Positions 34,842-36,139 of a stretch of DNA of 36,139 nucleotides are shown here, one piece after another; positions within the stretch are counted from its first letter, which is position 1; each line of letters starts with the position of its first letter. The stretch lies in NCBI RefSeq assembly GCF_001194135.2, contig NC_068983.1, positions 60,969,718 to 61,005,856 on the forward strand. Direction: 5' to 3'. Under the pieces are notes generated by a model, which did not search any database, had not been told where the DNA came from, and saw nothing but the letters and a program-made list of their open reading frames with translations. A program made the position numbers and the translations under genes. Source of the stretch: Octopus bimaculoides. Its lineage: Eukaryota.

Positions 34842-35769
34842 AATTTCTTTTATTTTGCACACAGGCCATAATGAGGATGAAATGGCTGCGTTGAGCCCCA
34901 CTCTCAAGCAGTACCATTTAAATGTTTTAATGTAAAGTTTTTAAAAGCAATTTTCTTTTCTCTTTTGTTCCCTTTTTTTTTTCTTTTAGCATCTTGTGTA
35001 CAGTCTTTAGAATTTTAACATTTAATTACGGTTTACCATTTTCTATATGGTAATAAGTCTTGATAGTCTATGACAAACGGTAAGTCGTTGAATTCTACTC
35101 TAGCACCCATTGGATCCATCCTGTTTCCGAACCATTCCTTCAACTTCTATCTTTCCTTATCAATCACTATTGCCTTCGAACTCTCCGGGTAATGCTCCAC
35201 TGGTAGTTTCACTCTTATCACCGATCTGGATTTGATGATTTTTCTTTCGCTCTCAGTACTCTTTGAATATGTTACCATATGCCACTTGTTTTTTGCCTGC
35301 TTTTGAGTTGCTTCTTCCTGCAATGGAACTTGGTTTTCTGTGATGGTTTCCTTTGTTGTTGGTGTTATTGGAATCTCAGGCAGTGTAAAATCTGCACCTT
35401 CCGTTCCCCTCTCCTTCCATTTCTTTAAAGGACTCTTCGGCGGTGAGCTCACACATTCCTTTCTCTTTTTCCTCGTTACAACCGTAAATGCCTCCTCCGC
35501 TTCCTCCGGGCATTTCTCTTTTACTGGAGCCGTCACTTCGGCACTCTGCTCTTGTTGTTCTTCCTCACTTTTATTTCTTTCTGGGGGCGCCTTGCTCTCG
35601 TGTGTCTTTTCTCTCCACATTGATAACAGGTTGATGGTCTTCCCTCCAACACCACTCTCAATCTTATGTCGTCCGGTAAAATTACCTCTTCCGACAACCC
35701 AACAATGCCAAATAAATATCAGCACATCTGCGCTCGTGAGACCCAAACTGTTATATGGACTGTTAGATA
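34842..35769 (-). mobile_element. Element D: ORF1-only element, 5' part cut by an LTR
   Basis: LPDDIRLRVVLEGRPSTCYQCGEKRH, FTVVTRKKRKECVSSPP and VIRVKLPVEHYPES. Shares the 3' hairpin with element C and ends AAATAAAAGAAAT. Confidence 0.78.
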
Positions 35770-36013
35770 TGTAATTCGTATGACGTTCCGTGTATCACTG
35801 TGGTTCGTCTGAGTTCATTGTTTCATTGTTGTTGTCTTGTGTGACTGTCGTAGTAAAATGTCATTAATATATATGGCGGACATGACTTTTGTTTATTCAT
35901 AACGAACATTGGGTGAGTACGTTCTTTGTATGTAATTGAATAATAAATGTAATAATAAAAATTTGTATAACTCGTTGTGTTTTCTCTGCGAGTCTTCCGA
36001 GGGAAATACAACA
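35770..36013 (+). mobile_element. 5' LTR of a Ty3/Gypsy-like retrotransposon
   Basis: TGTAA...AATAAA...AATACAACA, followed by a PBS-like sequence and an ATG. The start could alternatively be the TG at 35761. Confidence 0.7.
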
Positions 36014-36021
36014 GAGTTTAT

Positions 36022-36039
36022 TGGCGTCGCCGGTAGGAC
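36022..36039 (+). promoter_or_regulatory. Primer-binding site (tRNA-Ser-like)
   Basis: TGGCGTCGCCGGTAGGAC begins with TGG (complement of tRNA CCA), 8 nt after the LTR end. It matches the recalled tRNA-Ser complement TGGCGTAGTCGGCAGGAT at 14 of 18 positions. Confidence 0.6.
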
Positions 36040-36088
36040 CGATAGGATACATGCTTACTTTACCGTAAAATTATTCATCGTAATAACA

Positions 36089-36139
36089 ATGGCTGAAAAA
36101 CAGACAGTAGAACTTATTAAATTGTTTAGGGAACAAATG
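36089..36139 (+). CDS. Start of putative gag ORF (MAEKQTVELIKLFREQM), running off the window
   Basis: First open ATG after the PBS; amphipathic helical N-terminus typical of gag. Only 17 codons are visible. Confidence 0.5.
   Translation, partial: MAEKQTVELIKLFREQM

Overview
AT-rich, repeat-dense animal genomic DNA with two N gaps. The SINE families and microsatellites look like Octopus; this is my recognition from memory, not a database result. The only host gene I can support is a minus-strand astacin-family (M12A) zinc metalloprotease. I reconstructed six exons (21929 down to 3423) from canonical AG/GT sites in compatible phase, except across one unlocated exon. They give an intact HELGHAIGLFHEQTRIDRD zinc motif, an SIMHY Met-turn and all four conserved Cys. 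One internal exon and both gene ends are unresolved. The introns and flanks hold SINEs, decayed LINEs (Tx1-like endonuclease, CR1-like, RTE, R4/Dong-like), hAT remnants, MITEs and LTRs. Highlight 1: a family of ORF1-only (zinc-knuckle) non-LTR elements with four diverged copies. Two of them sit in tandem at the same 17-bp site of a SINE head, with three copies of the target, and all four share a G-rich 3' hairpin whose stem covaries. Highlight 2: a small element with a tRNA-like head and a Penelope-type tail containing a minimal hammerhead ribozyme core, duplicated head-to-head. Repeat boundaries are approximate unless a TSD or TIR is quoted.
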